Assembly (NCBI RefSeq): GCF_001194135.2
Contig: NC_068983.1
Coordinates: forward strand, 32,324,736 to 32,388,735
DNA: 64,000 nt
Source of the DNA: Octopus bimaculoides
Taxonomy: Eukaryota
Direction: 5' to 3'
The notes beneath the pieces are model-generated. The model did no database searches, was not told where the DNA came from, and saw only the letters and a list, made by a program, of their open reading frames with translations. Below, piece by piece: positions 1-12,956 of the stretch. The position numbers were made by a program, and so were the translations under genes. Within the stretch, counting starts at the first letter, position 1. Each line of letters starts with the position of its first letter.

Positions 1-85
<85 letters not shown>

Positions 86-99
86 ATACAAATACTATG

Positions 100-296
100 T
101 TAGTATATGCATATATACGTACATGTATGTACATGCCTATGTTTACATGGATATATAGGTGCATATCTGGGTACAGGACGTCACAAAAAAACGTGGACAA
201 AATGAAAAACAGAGCACAGAAAATGCACAGGCCACATAGAGAACATTTCCTTCATCAGCTGCCACCATTCTAAACTAATCGTTTCGAAGAGTTAGG
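100..296 (-). repeat. Dispersed repeat, probable non-coding end of a Penelope-like element
   Basis: Shares tataggtgcatatctgggtacaggac and gccacatagagaacatt...cttcatcagct with 29461-29635; abuts (TA)n. The Penelope assignment is inference from family resemblance. Confidence 0.5.
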
Positions 297-503
297 GCTT
301 TTTTTCAACAAATTTTATTCAACGAAAACATCTTTAAATGATGGTCTGACTTTCTGCCAAGCAAATTTGAAGCAGTAATTGAAGTAGATGGTGAATATGC
401 TCTGGAATAATCATTTAAAGATGTTTTTGTTACATGTTGTTATTGTTTTTCTTGAATAAAATTTGTTGAAAAAAAGCTGCAATAATTATGCACCAACCCA
501 ACA
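297..503 (+). mobile_element. Internally deleted mariner derivative
   Basis: 354-410 encodes LPSKFEAVIEVDGEYALE*, the mariner C-terminal LPxRWxxVIExxGxY motif. It is followed by a TIR-like gcaataattatgcaccaacccaa, and 298-343 is an inverted copy of the subterminal 410-478 region. Confidence 0.7.
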
Positions 504-2229
504 TTTGTTTATTGTTTTGCAATGCTCTGGTAACAAATTGTTGCTTTGCATTTGTTTGTAAATTACATGGCATTAATTACTGTAGTATCAGGGTGTTATT
601 GATTTTGTAGTTTTGTGACCAATTGTATGTGTGTGTGTGTGTGGGGGGTATGATTGTCACTTAATTACGCCAGTATTCCACTGATTAATGCACAGTGTTA
701 CTTGTTACATATTTTATTGCCCCAAACTACAAAACCAAATGGATCCAAAGAGGACTTAAACTTGGTGTATATTGAGGGATGAAATCAAGATTGGAAACAA
801 TGTTTTTATTAAAAAGCCAAGATAACTATGATGTGTGATGGTAAACCATTCTATTACAATTTCAAGTCTTCTTGATTCTCATCATTCTTATTATACCATT
901 CTTCAATGTCTGGCCATAATAAAATACTATCTCACTTGGAAACATTTGGGGGCTGCAAACAGGAAAGTTATCCAGGTGTAGAAAATCTGCCCCAACAAAT
1001 TCTGTCCAACCCATGCAAGCATGGAAAAGTGGACACTAAAGCAATGATGATGATACTAATTTTTGTGGTAAAATAATTAGTAAAGCGTGTTACTAATTTT
1101 TGTGTGGCCATAAATAATTGCGTAAGTAAAGTAATTATATGAGTAAAATAATTAGTAAATTGTTACTAATTTTTCCATTGTGCATCGTACACACACATAT
1201 ATATAATGAATATTACAGTGTGTATAGAATAATGTTTGACCCTTTATTTATGGAATAACTTAGTGGTGAAACTTTTTTTCATTACTAACCCATAGTCATT
1301 GCAGGCCCTCTGACACTACTGAGCTTGATGTTGTTGATGTTCTGTTTAAACTGTTGCAAGTAACATTTATCATTAAGACTAGTCTCCAGGCAAGTTAACA
1401 AAGGAGCAGTTACATGGTCACTCAACATGTGAATAGCAGACAAATCTTTATCAAATCATACCATCTTCAAAATAGGTAGGACACATTAGATAATGTACTC
1501 CCTAGGTTACACTGTTTGGAAATAAAGGGGAGATGGTCTGACCTGTACCTAAACAACCACTATAAGCTCATGAAGGAACTGTTATGCAGTCTGTTGACTT
1601 GTTAGAAATAACAGCCAAATCTCCCTCAAATCACATTTGTAAAATCAGGAATACATTGAATTATGTTGTTTTAGGTAAACTGCCTGAAAAAATTTTTGCA
1701 AGAATCACAGCTGGAACATCTTTGATCATCTGTCTACTTGACTCAAGGTTAAACTACTACCACTGTTGGCTAAAAATATTGATTCATAGCTTTGCTCTAA
1801 TGAAAACAATTTGTTAGCTATGCTTAATCTTTAGTGTGGTAGGCATTAGATATTTTTCTGCAGCCGTGTATTATTGACTAACCATGTCATATGACTGTTT
1901 CAATTCCCTGTAGAAACTATTTCACTTAGATTTCACTGTACATTTCCATCACAAATGTCAGTGAGCAATTTATATAATTGTTGTTGTTGAGCCCTGAACC
2001 TGATCAAGCAAAACCTATGGTCAGACATTCCAGCTGTGAATAACCCATTTTTCTTTTCTTTTTAGATTTGCATGTACAGAGTACATTTTTGGCAACAAGT
2101 TGGATTAATAAATTACTAGTGCATTAAGTGTTTTGTTTTAATGCTATGATTCACTAGCTGCCAAAAATACATTATATATGCAAATTGGTCTGTATGATTT
2201 ACTGAAACCTTTAGTAATTGTGATTTATA

Positions 2230-3400
2230 AGCAGTGTCTCTATGAACAGTTAAAGAGGGTACTCAGTCACTTTTGTATGCAAAATTCAAAGAATCTCCTG
2301 TAAATTTTGAAAGTACAAATATTTTATATCTAGACAAATGTGTGAATCTGACTTGGGGCATGGTTTCCTCCTGGTATTTGAATCATTATGCAATACAGCC
2401 TTTTGATAATCTATTTGTAAAACTACTTTAGATACTTCACTACAACTACAATTTTAACATTAATATGTGCCTTATACTTTCTACTGAGTGTAGCGTTTGA
2501 TGGTATGAACCAATACTTGTCTATTTTGAACTCCATGATCTTCAGATTGGTGTCTGTAAGTTGGATATGGGTTTTCAGTCATAGTTTGTGATTGTTTAGA
2601 AATCCTTTTTTGACATTTACAATGTTTCTTAACTGGATTTGCAATGACCACTCTTATTGATGTATCCCCAGGGTTCATGGATCATGTTCTGTTTTTTAAT
2701 CACAACAAACAATTCCTTTCCATACATGAAATCTCAGCACAAATAATTTTCTAGGTTTGTAATCTCATATTAAATGAATTTGAACAAATGCCAATCGTCT
2801 TTCCTGGTCTTCTTACCTTTCATTGGTAAGCCTCTTTAAGTAAATCATGAAAAAGCTGCTTCAGCTTTTAGTGAAACACTCTTACTCTAATACATGGTCA
2901 ATTGCTTGGTTTTTCACCTGGAAAAGGGATAACTTAATCTCTTTCCATTCTGGGTTTATTGTAGAAGTTTGGCTTTTCATAATGTCTGGCAATACTCATG
3001 GAAACTTAAAATGCTTCTGCATATCACCCTGTTAATCCATATACACTAGTTTGTAATAGGATTCTCTTTACTCCTCCAATTCCATCATTCCTATTGACAA
3101 GTCCTTAGTGTCTGTGCACACAAATTGTTTTTGGACTTATGTCTGCTCCACGTTAATGCTTTTTTTTTTTTCCATAACAAAGCTGTCAACTTCATATATT
3201 GCTGGTTGATTCTCCTTGTTATTATCGTGAAATCTTATTCAAGCTGCACTTACAATGTGTAGCAGTATGACTGCACAAGAGAAACCTTGTTATTTCTGAT
3301 ATACTTAACATTCGTTGTGTATTTATTCATCAGTACCAAAAGGAAATGTGAAAACCTAGTAAAGAATATCGTAACTTTGATGCATATCACTTGTATACAA
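2230..3400 (-). mobile_element. Decayed Helitron Rep (rolling-circle initiator) coding region
   Basis: Minus-strand motifs occur in the correct order across frameshifts/stops: HQSYD..Y..FTFPFG (~3340-3385), RRINQQY (~3200), KRILLQTS...SMSIARHYEKPNF (~2970-3070), NPEWKEI (2936-2957), IICAEIS, MIHEPWG (2666-2685), PYPTYR, YWFIPSNATLSRKYKAHINVK (2453-2510). Confidence 0.85.
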
Positions 3401-3429
3401 GTTGCCCCAACATTCACAGACATCTATGT

Positions 3430-3561
3430 ACAGGCGTTCTGAAGAACCACTGCAATATGTGTGTGAATCTGAGAGGGGAATATGTTCAATAAAATCATAA
3501 TTAACTGATCCTCTTGTATTTTCTTTTATCCAATGCTAGGAACTTTTCAGCACCCCTCGTA
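3430..3561 (-). mobile_element. Mariner terminal inverted repeat fragment
   Basis: The minus strand reads TA-cgaggggtgctgaaaagttcct...atcagttaattatgattttattgaacatattcccctctcag, a typical TA-flanked mariner terminus. Confidence 0.6.
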
Positions 3562-3748
3562 TATATTGATCCTGAAAATGTTTCAGCTCACATAGGAGAT
3601 AGCAAAGCCATGTTGATTAGTGTCAGACAGTGCACAAGACAACTGCACCACCACCCCTGTGTAGGATTGGCAAAACGAATGTTAAACTCGGTAGAGATAG
3701 AGGCAGGGACGCATCACACATGCATGCATGTGCGCGCACGTGTGCACA

Positions 3749-3781
<33 letters not shown>

Positions 3782-4229
3782 TCATGCCTATATTTTCAGT
3801 CTCACCTTCTTCTTCGATGCCTTCACATCTCTAACAGTCTTAGAACTTGTCCCTTTATCACTCATTTCTCTATCACTCTTTTTGCTTTTACTGTACTGTC
3901 AGTGTGCCTAAGGCTGGCGATGGATCCCTACTTAGGAAGTATACTTCCAAGATAACTAGAGATGTCATGGAAGTATCCAACCCTCTCATCCTAATCACTA
4001 TACCTCTCTGCAGGGGATTGCATCAGATCCACATATATCCCTTTCACTGTACCATTACCTCTTCTATATTCACATCACACCTTGAAACCCCCTACTCACC
4101 ACTTGTTACCAGCAATAACTCTTACCATTTATCCACTTTTATTATCTATTTCTCTCTTGCTCCCTATATCACATCACTATTTTGCATGTAGCTGTAGCCT
4201 TGCTTCAGTCACAATTCTGGTCTGTTGCT

Positions 4230-5058
4230 TTTACGCAAAGCACTGTTTTGGGACCACTACTGTTCATAATGGCCCACTCAGAAATGCCCTCAGCCACACA
4301 CAGAGCCATGATCACAAGTTATGCAGATGATACAAAAGTCTCACAGGTAATACAGAACCCTGAAGACACTATGCACCTGCGATGTGAGCTGGATGAAATA
4401 TACAAGTGGGCTGAAAAGAATAACATGCAGTTTAATGCTGAAAAGTTTCAAGCCTTGTGCTATCAGCATGCAAAACTAAATGCAGTACCCATTAAGTACA
4501 CTGGACCTGGAGGGACTGCAATCCCAAAGGCACAGTCAGTGCGAGACCTGGGCATTTACATGAGGAATAATGCATCCTTTCATGTACATGCTGCTAAATT
4601 GTCAATGAAATGTAGGCAAGAAAAATATGCCATAATATACATCTGGAAGATCCTCGAAGGAATTGTCCCAAACTTTGGCATCGAAAGTTACACAAATAAA
4701 AGAACTGGACGCCATTGCATAGTGCCAAGGACTCCAAATTTGCCATCAAGATGTAGGACAAGATACTGCAATAGCCTGGGCTTCAGAGGTCCACAGCTCT
4801 TCAATATCCTCCCAAAGGACCTGAGAGACCTGCATGGGGTGGATGTAGGTGTCTTCAAGATGAGGCTGGACTTCTTCCAGTCAGGTGTCCCAGATGAACC
4901 AACTTTGTGGCAGGAGGTGGAGATGAGGGCAGCTTCATCAAACTTTCTCATGCGCCAAATGTCAATTCCTGAAGTAAAATTGTGTAGCAACACCAAATGG
5001 CGGTGCCCTAGCATGGCCACAGTTCATGAGCTGAAACTAGATAAAATGAAAATGAAGA
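4230..5058 (+). mobile_element. 5'-truncated CR1/L2-group LINE, RT C-terminal part and 3' tail
   Basis: Open frame LGPLLFI..YADDTK..YKWAEKNNMQFNAEKF..RDLGI..IIYIWKILEG..GPQLFNILP..FKMRLD; ends in a ggcggtgccctagcatggccacag..ctgaaac tail and a short repeat. Confidence 0.9.
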
Positions 5059-5070
5059 ATGATATGTATG

Positions 5071-5107
<37 letters not shown>

Positions 5108-5211
5108 NNNNNNNNNNNNNNNNNNNNNNNNNNNNNNNNNNNNNNNNNNNNNNNNNNNNNNNNNNNNNNNNNNNNNNNNNNNNNNNNNNNNNNNNNNNNN
5201 NNNNNNNACAT

Positions 5212-5254
<43 letters not shown>

Positions 5255-5486
5255 CATGGTAGCCATGTATGTTTTCATCAAGAAATAACAAAAATTGTAT
5301 TTAATCACTTAGATAGCTGTCCAAATGTCATAAAAATTTGTACTGCACTGCTGAAGGTAAGTATGAAAATAGATATGTAAATAAAAATTAAGATAAAATA
5401 TACTATTTCTGAGATATTTCAGTTACACATAAACATCCCTAGAGTTTTAGTATTATCAAGATACTCACACACTTACACACACAGAC

Positions 5487-5876
5487 ATATTTGGTTGTGT
5501 GGTAAGAAGTTTCCTTCCCAGCTATATGGCTCCATGCTCAGTCTCTTTGGATGACATCTTTGGGAAATATCTTGTACTGTACCCTCAGAGACTGAAAAAA
5601 GCCTGTTGTGTGTGTATATACCATCATCATCATCATCATCATCATTATCACTTAACATCTGTTTTTTATGCTGGCATGTGTTGTGTGTCTCTGTATTTCT
5701 GTTTGTTCCCCAACACTGATGACCAGTGTTGGTTTCTTTATATTTCCGTAACTAAGTAGTTCAGCAAAAGAAACTCCTAAAATAAATACAGGGGTCAAAT
5801 TGTTAAACTGAAAATCCCTTTAGGGTGGTACCTCAGCATGGCTGCAGGTCAATGACTGAAACAAGCAAAAGATGGT
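5487..5876 (+). mobile_element. tRNA-derived SINE family A (CORE-like middle, LINE-derived tail), decayed copy
   Basis: tgtgtggtaagaag head; ends cagcatggctgcaggtcaatgactgaaacaag; similar to 50920-51330. Confidence 0.7.
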
Positions 5877-5886
5877 GCACACGTGT

Positions 5887-5928
<42 letters not shown>

Positions 5929-7471
5929 TAGGTATTATATTACCAGTTTGGGATTGAAAAGACTAACAAGCCTGCTGATAAATCTTGATGTGAATATATT
6001 GGTTGCTTTGCAAGTTGGTTACAAATTTTGCAACAGAGTACCTCCAAATCTCTCATTTCAAATTAAGTCATATGAATCTATTTCTTTTTGCTATTTTTAA
6101 CTGTTCTAATTTATCTGTACAAGATATTTTATCAGCTAATTATTGCCAGCAGGATAGGCTATTCAACTATGTCCAACACAGTGAGGTGTCCTACCTCAAT
6201 TTGATGTTTGTGATAATAATTAACCTCTGCAATCAAATTATGAACAAGTTACAGACTCCAATTTGAGACAGGAAGGAATACCAGGCCCATTGGTGGTATT
6301 CAAACCATTTATAATTAAATAGATAGATAATCCAGTTTATATTACACATACATTCTTTTAATATTTTAATGGTTTAGTCATTGGACTGCACTTGTATGTT
6401 CTACATTGTCTTCAAAGGTTTTGATTTTATTGACTCCTAGTACTTTAGTTAGTATTTATTTTATTGATTCCTGAAAGTAGAGTGGTAAAATAAACCTGAG
6501 GGTAAATAGTACAAAATGTGACAGGTAATTTTACTGAGACTAATTCTGCCAACAGGAAGAGCATCTGACCTTGGAAAATCTGCTTTAATGAATTCTGTCT
6601 GAGCTGTGCAGTTATAGAAAAGAGCATGTTAAAACAATTATTATATATGAATATGGTATGTTTGTGTATTTTGCATTGAGATTTGACATTTATTTTATTG
6701 TGCAATGATTAACCAATAAATTCAGTGATAAAAATCTGATTGTATTTTTAAAACCTTAATGGTCAATGACATTGTGTATATAGTATTATTGACTTCCCTT
6801 TCATTAATTGTATTCTTTCAGTTTTCCAAGGTTGATATAAAAAATTAATAGTCAAGTACTGGGATCAATTCTTCTTTCTCTGAATTGATTGTGGTGTGCT
6901 GTGACACCTTGTCTCAAATGAAGGGGCTACCAAACCTTTTTCGTCATATAGCTGTTACTGCTATAGATCAAATTACTATTGCCTGGTATGAAAAAACCCC
7001 CCAAAATCAGAGGTGTATATATATTTATATATCCAGATATAATGAGCGAAAAGAACGTGGACTTGATCTTGATACTCCTTTATTTCATCTGTGACATATG
7101 TTTCAGTATTTGGTCACATGATATCATACTATAAATGCATCTCAAAAGGGCAGCATGCATAAGCAAACATTGCTCTAGATGGATAACTGAGTGATATTAG
7201 AAATATGAGTCACAAACATGCAGTAACCAAATTTACATACTTGAAGTATAAGGATTGGGAGTGGGAGGAGTTATAGTGTGATCATGGACCCCACAACCAC
7301 AAATGTGGACTGATATTGGTAAGAATTGTGGTGAATGCTTACTAGAGTTTGGGGACACTTAGCTGATGTTATGAGGAAGGAGGGGACGAGTGAGTTGATA
7401 ACACATCAGGTGGTTGGCAAGGCATTTTGGATGCAATAAACAAATACCACAAGAGTTTATGGCATCATCAC

Positions 7472-7538
<67 letters not shown>

Positions 7539-7544
7539 ATGTAA

Positions 7545-7690
7545 GGCTTCTTACAGTTTCTGTCTACCAAATCCTCTCACAAGGTTTTGGTCAGTCCAGG
7601 GTTATAATAGACACTTGCCCAAGGCACCAGGCAGGGAGGCTAAGCCTGAAACCATGTAGTTGGAAGCAAAGTTCTTAACTACATGGCTAT
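7545..7690 (-). mobile_element. SINE family A, 5' half
   Basis: gacacttgcccaaggcacc...gaagcaaagttcttaact is the reverse complement of the family head. Confidence 0.7.
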
Positions 7691-7727
7691 TTCTTTGCCT
7701 ATTAATACACGTGCACACACACACATG

Positions 7728-7765
<38 letters not shown>

Positions 7766-7916
7766 TGGATGTATATGTGTGTGTCATCATCATCGTTTAA
7801 TGTCCGCTTTCCATGCTAGCATGAGTTGGATAATTTGTTGTATCTAAATATGTACATGCATATGTACATTCTCATACAGATGTAAATAACATACATAATA
7901 TATATATATAAATATA

Positions 7917-7964
<48 letters not shown>

Positions 7965-9064
7965 CATACACACATGCACACACTCACGTTGCCATTTGTG
8001 GGTAATATTATTAACCTGTTTTCTTCAGAAGGAAAGAAGGAAGGAAGGAAAGAAGGATGGTGGTAGTGGTGTAATCGTTCTAACTTGTTAGTCTGGACTG
8101 GTTAGTGTGCTGCTCAGGAGTGGTTTGAAGCGTTAGTATGGAGTTCAGACCTATTGAAGGTTAATTTTACATTTTATCTTTGAAAGTGCCCATGGCATGT
8201 GTGTGCACATGTAACAATATGTAAAGGTAAAACTCTGTGTGTGTTTTAAGTTTTTTAGATTTTATTCATCCACACAGTCCTCTCTTGTGATTTCAAGTAG
8301 TTGACACATAATGACAGTAACACCCTGAGTAACTACTTCAGGAGGATGAACCAGGTGAAGGTAGTTGGGGGTAGCTAGTGAACCAAGGACTGCATTGCTA
8401 GGTGAAAGAAATGCTAGGTGAAAGAAGTGAATATATTGGTCAAGAAATCTGTGGTTGTTTAGCCATGGGTCATCCATGATTGAGCAAACTATAGATCAAA
8501 AACATTCCAACTGTGACCAGCCTATCTCTTTTTTCTCATAATTTATAATTGTCTTACATACACTATGAATCCTCCCCATTCTTTTTTAATAGATAGTTAA
8601 ATGTAGTTTGAGAGAGATTAAGCTGCTATTTTGGCAGCTTGAGAAGCCATGTCTCTTTTTTGTTGAGAAGTTTGTTTCATATGGCTGTGTGAACAGTGTG
8701 GAGGAACAAAAACAATGGTATGGTTATTCACTTCAGATAAAGTTGGTCTAGGATGGTTCTCTCCATCATTGAACCCTGGCTTATGATGCAGAGAAATGAA
8801 CTGCTTTTACAGTGGCTCAACTATTTTGAAGTTCCTTTTGTACAAGTTTCTAAATGATCTCTTTGTCTTACTTTACTCTTGGAGTGTGTTTTTACAGAAA
8901 GTGCATTAATTTTCTTGCAGTTTGAAGTTGATTAAAGAATATTTCAAATACAGGCTATCTGAGATACTGTCTTTGACAAAAACTTGTCGCCTTTGTCAAA
9001 GACAGATGTATCATATTAATTCATTTTGCAAGATTCCTGATGTGAAATCGTGTGTTGAAACAGA

Positions 9065-9402
9065 TATTCTTGTATTTCGAGATTGTTGGTTTTTTTTTTT
9101 TGCCAAATAAACACGTGCACTATATATTTTTTCTTCACTCATTTATTACTGTTCTTATTTTATTATTCTAACTCTTGTCCATTTTCCGGAAATCTTTGGA
9201 ATAAGTGGAGCAAGAACACACCCAAAAATGAAAAGTGTCACTGAAGAGGTCACAGATGTGTGAAGAAAGATTTCCGGTCAATGGATATAAGTTAAAATAA
9301 TAGAATAAGAACTGTAATAAATGAGTGAAGAAAAACTATATAGTGTGTGTGTTTATTTGGCAAAAAAAAAAAAAAAAGACTATTCCGAAATATACAACAA
9401 TA
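9065..9402. mobile_element. Fold-back/MITE-like element with ~133-bp inverted arms
   Basis: 9065-9197 is an imperfect reverse complement of 9266-9402 (e.g. ttcttcactcatttattactgttcttatt / aataagaactgtaataaatgagtgaagaa), with a ~68-bp spacer and TA at both ends. Confidence 0.8.
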
Positions 9403-10761
9403 AGATTTACTTATAAGAACCTTATAGAAACTGTTGTCACATTAATCCAATCAGATGCAATTCTAATGTTTTATATAGCTGGTGAAAAATAAGACACTAC
9501 ACTAAAGTTAGGTAGATGACTCTATTGCCTATAATTGTTGATTTACTTAAATATTGTCTTATGTTTGTGATAGGAAAACTTTATTGAATAAAAGAATAAG
9601 ACACAAGAAGTAGTAGCCCAATATCACTGAGATCAGCTTGCCTTTATTCATGAATTCATTGCTTGAGAGAGGCATATGTTCCTCTATCAATAGTGGACTT
9701 TCAGAACTCTATTTGCAAGTTATGAGTTAGACAAATGTACCATACCCACATATAGCTACTGAGCCCTGGCCTCATTGAAATTGATGGATCATTAACATCT
9801 CTATTGATGTCCTTTTTTGTAACTCTTATATCTACTTCTATGTACACCTGACCTCTGTTACTGTATATCTTCTACACAATGCCACCTCCCTCAATACTGT
9901 ACCTCCACTCTGAGAAGCAGTGTTGTATGCTACTTGGTAACCCTACTAGTGTTGATGCCATGCAAAGAGCACCCAGTACACTCTGTAAAGTTCTTGGCAT
10001 TAGGAAGGGCATCCAGTCATAGAAACCTTGTTAAAACTGTGGTTTTAGGTATGATTTCACTGTGTGAGACTTTATGCAAACCCTGTCGACTACAATTTTG
10101 GATTGACCAACATTTTGCAATAAGAATTTGAAAGGTAGAAACTAAAGAAGCCTGTTTGTTTGTGTGTGTGTGTATTTTGCTAATGTCGATCATCAAAAAT
10201 TATAAACTTTATTTAGAAAAATCCAGACCTATGCATTAGGAATGAAGATCTTTGAGGTACTCATGAGTTACAGATATTCCCTTGTTTCTTCAGAAATTCA
10301 GGGAACCACTTTTTGACCTCTTGGCAACCTGTAACCAATGATAGTATTTAAAAAAAAATATATGTATATAAATTCACTGCTGGCCTTTTATGGTTATTTT
10401 GAAAGTGTAGCCTTTGTTGTACTTGTCAAAGTTGTGATGAGTGAATCATTAATTACAAGATTGTTCATAAAAAAATAGGTTTGGTTAGAAATTAAATGAT
10501 TCATAGGTGCTGTTTGCATGACACAAAAATTGGTAAGTTAAAGTACTTAATGCATGGAGTATTAAAAGGTGAAATATTAAAAAGTTAAAATTTTAATAAA
10601 TATGTAAGTACAAAAGGTAACATGAGACATGTTTCATTCTTATCACATCTCATGAAAAAAGTATAGTGACTATATATTTTAAAGGAGAGATAACTGAACT
10701 GCTAAGTTAACATACAAGTCTGTACTTTTATTGTTGTAGGGTAACAGAATTATTTAGTTGT

Positions 10762-11110
10762 CGGCATGGATGTGTGGTTAAGAAGCTCGCTTTGCAACCA
10801 TGTAGTTTTGGCTTCAGTCCCCTTTGAACAAGTGTCTTCTACTGTAACCCTGGGTTGATCAATGCCGTGTGAGTAAATTTGAGAGACAAAAACTATGTGG
10901 AAGCTTGTCATACAAACATACATATCTGTGTATGTGTGTGTGTGTTTGTTTCCTTCCCATTGCTTGAGGAATGGTGTTGGTTTGTTTACATCCCTGTAAC
11001 ACAGAGGTTTGGCAAAATAGACTGAGAACATAAGTAACTGACTTGAAAAAATATAGGGGTCAATTAGTTTGGCTAAACCCTTCAAGGTGGTGTCCCAGCA
11101 TGGCTGCCTT
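10762..11110 (+). mobile_element. SINE family A copy
   Basis: ggcatggatgtgtggttaagaagctcgc head, caagtgtcttctact core, aaggtggtgtcccagcatggctgc tail. Confidence 0.8.
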
Positions 11111-12003
11111 TCAAAAGAAAGATAACTGCAATGTCAGCAGGTTATTATTCTATTACAACCATTGTTACTTGGTCTCTCTTTCTGTTATGCCACAAGAAAA
11201 TGGAAGGAGAAAGCAATGGCTGTGCTGAGAGAGAAAAAGTGTTATGAGAAATACATTGCATTGACAAGTTGACAGGTTGGAGATCAACAGAGAGGGAAGG
11301 GAGAAATAGTAGTCAGCCAGCTAGTGAACTGGGTAGTCAAGGAAGCAGACAAGGAAAAAAGAAGTAAAAAATGGAGCAAGGCTTGAAGTGTACAGTTTAA
11401 GAATCAATGAAAGGATATAGAAATAAACCCTTGTCATATTTGAAGAAACATGCTTGTGTGTGTATGCATATATATCAGTGTATACGTATGTATGCAATTT
11501 TGCTAGACATTGCACTAAAAATACAACATATAAATTGACAGTTGCCAAAGTAACATTGCTGTTTTTGAGAGGGTCAAGGTTTTTCTGCTCTATTATATAA
11601 GAATTCTGAGGAATCTTAGTTTTTTTTAAACTTCTCATGAAGAGATTGTAGTGAAGGTACTAGGGAGATGATGTTGAGATTCATGAAGTGGATTTGGACT
11701 GTCACTTTTTAAACCTGCATTCCTACACAAACTAGCCATGGGCCACATCTAAAAGTTTGCATTGCTCTACCAAATTTATTGGCTTTTGATAAAAAAAAAA
11801 ACTAAAAACTAAATATTACAAAATAGACTAATAGGAAAGAAATATACAGAAAAAAGACTGACTAAACAAAAAGAAAAATTTTGTTTTTGTACCAGCTGTG
11901 ATGTAACCCATATGCTTTAAACAAATTATAAAACAAAAACAATAAAACAAAATATAAAACAAAAATAATAATATACTAACATTAGGTCAAAAAATGTTAC
12001 TAC

Positions 12004-12039
<36 letters not shown>

Positions 12040-12878
12040 CATAATTATAATAATAATGAATTTAATTATTGCATCAAAATGAGTAAAGAGTGTTGTTGAT
12101 CAGATTCACATTGTTTACTTTGAAGTTGGAATGAAAATATTTATGAAGAATCAGTGTTGCCAGGCATTACTTTGAAAACGAAAACTATAACAAGCCTAAA
12201 TTATGTAGGTTAAAGTACATTTGAGATCTACAGATGGTTGCTGTTTAGCCTTGATCCAGTAGATCTATCAAACGCATTCCAGACATAGTCTATCTAGGAC
12301 TGCTATCCAGAATCTTCTTTTTAAAGTGGTAAGTTGGAATTTGCTGGAGATTTGATTGTCATTTCTAGTAGGCAGAGCAATCACGACTAAGTTCCTTTTC
12401 TGGCTCATTATGGTAGTGTTTGTGTTGTTGCTGTATAACCCCAGGTCAGTTGTAATCGAGCAAATCTGTGATTAGACATACCAGCTGTGACACCAGCCCT
12501 TTATCCAGATATAATCTAAGGCCATGTCAGCCAGTGTTCCCTTTTCTTTTTAAGGTAGTAGTGTGTGATTTGGAGAAGATTTAGCTGCCACTTTTTATCC
12601 GTTTGAGTGACCTAGCAGGGGCTCACTTATTAGTCAGAGACAATTGAATTGGTAAGGTACTGGAGGAATATCAGTTAGCTGTCAGTGATTTGTGTCCCAT
12701 TGATGTCACTGTGCCACAGTCCCTGCACTCGTGATGATCTACATCAGCATAAATTGGATGGGCAATTACAAACAGAAGAGGTCCCTACTTGTATGAAGTT
12801 GAATGAAGTTGACTAACTTTACAGTTTGGATCATTTATGAGAAACTATTGTTGAAAGTGTGCATATGTCTTGTGACTT

Positions 12879-12915
<37 letters not shown>

Positions 12916-12956
12916 ATCCTCTCTGTCTCATCACAACCTCACCTTCCCATCTTTTA

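Noticed and set aside
248-292. CTGATGA and GAAAC on the minus strand of the Penelope-like tail (also 29588-29630)
   Set aside because: The order would need a type II topology, but no helix III, NUH triplet or stem I can be paired.
5313-5356. 44-nt segment with a consensus donor (gaag|GTAAGT) as the missing first ITPK1 coding exon
   Set aside because: In the required phase the last full codon is TGA, there is no GxW-SxKK motif and the acceptor is weak. It could still be a UTR exon, but I have no support for that.
7037-7318. AG...GTAAGA-bounded segment of unique-looking sequence as an exon
   Set aside because: All three frames contain stops and it has no recognisable homology.
8660-8800. Minus-strand IVFVPPHCSH, resembling the pogo/DDE_1 LPPxxTxxLQP motif
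   Set aside because: A single short motif with no flanking DDE motifs recognised; too weak to call.
9241-9290. CTGAAGA...tcaca(gatg)tgtga...GAAA hammerhead-like core in the fold-back spacer
   Set aside because: The stem II closing pairs are missing and neither helix III nor stem I can be formed. At most a very decayed relic.
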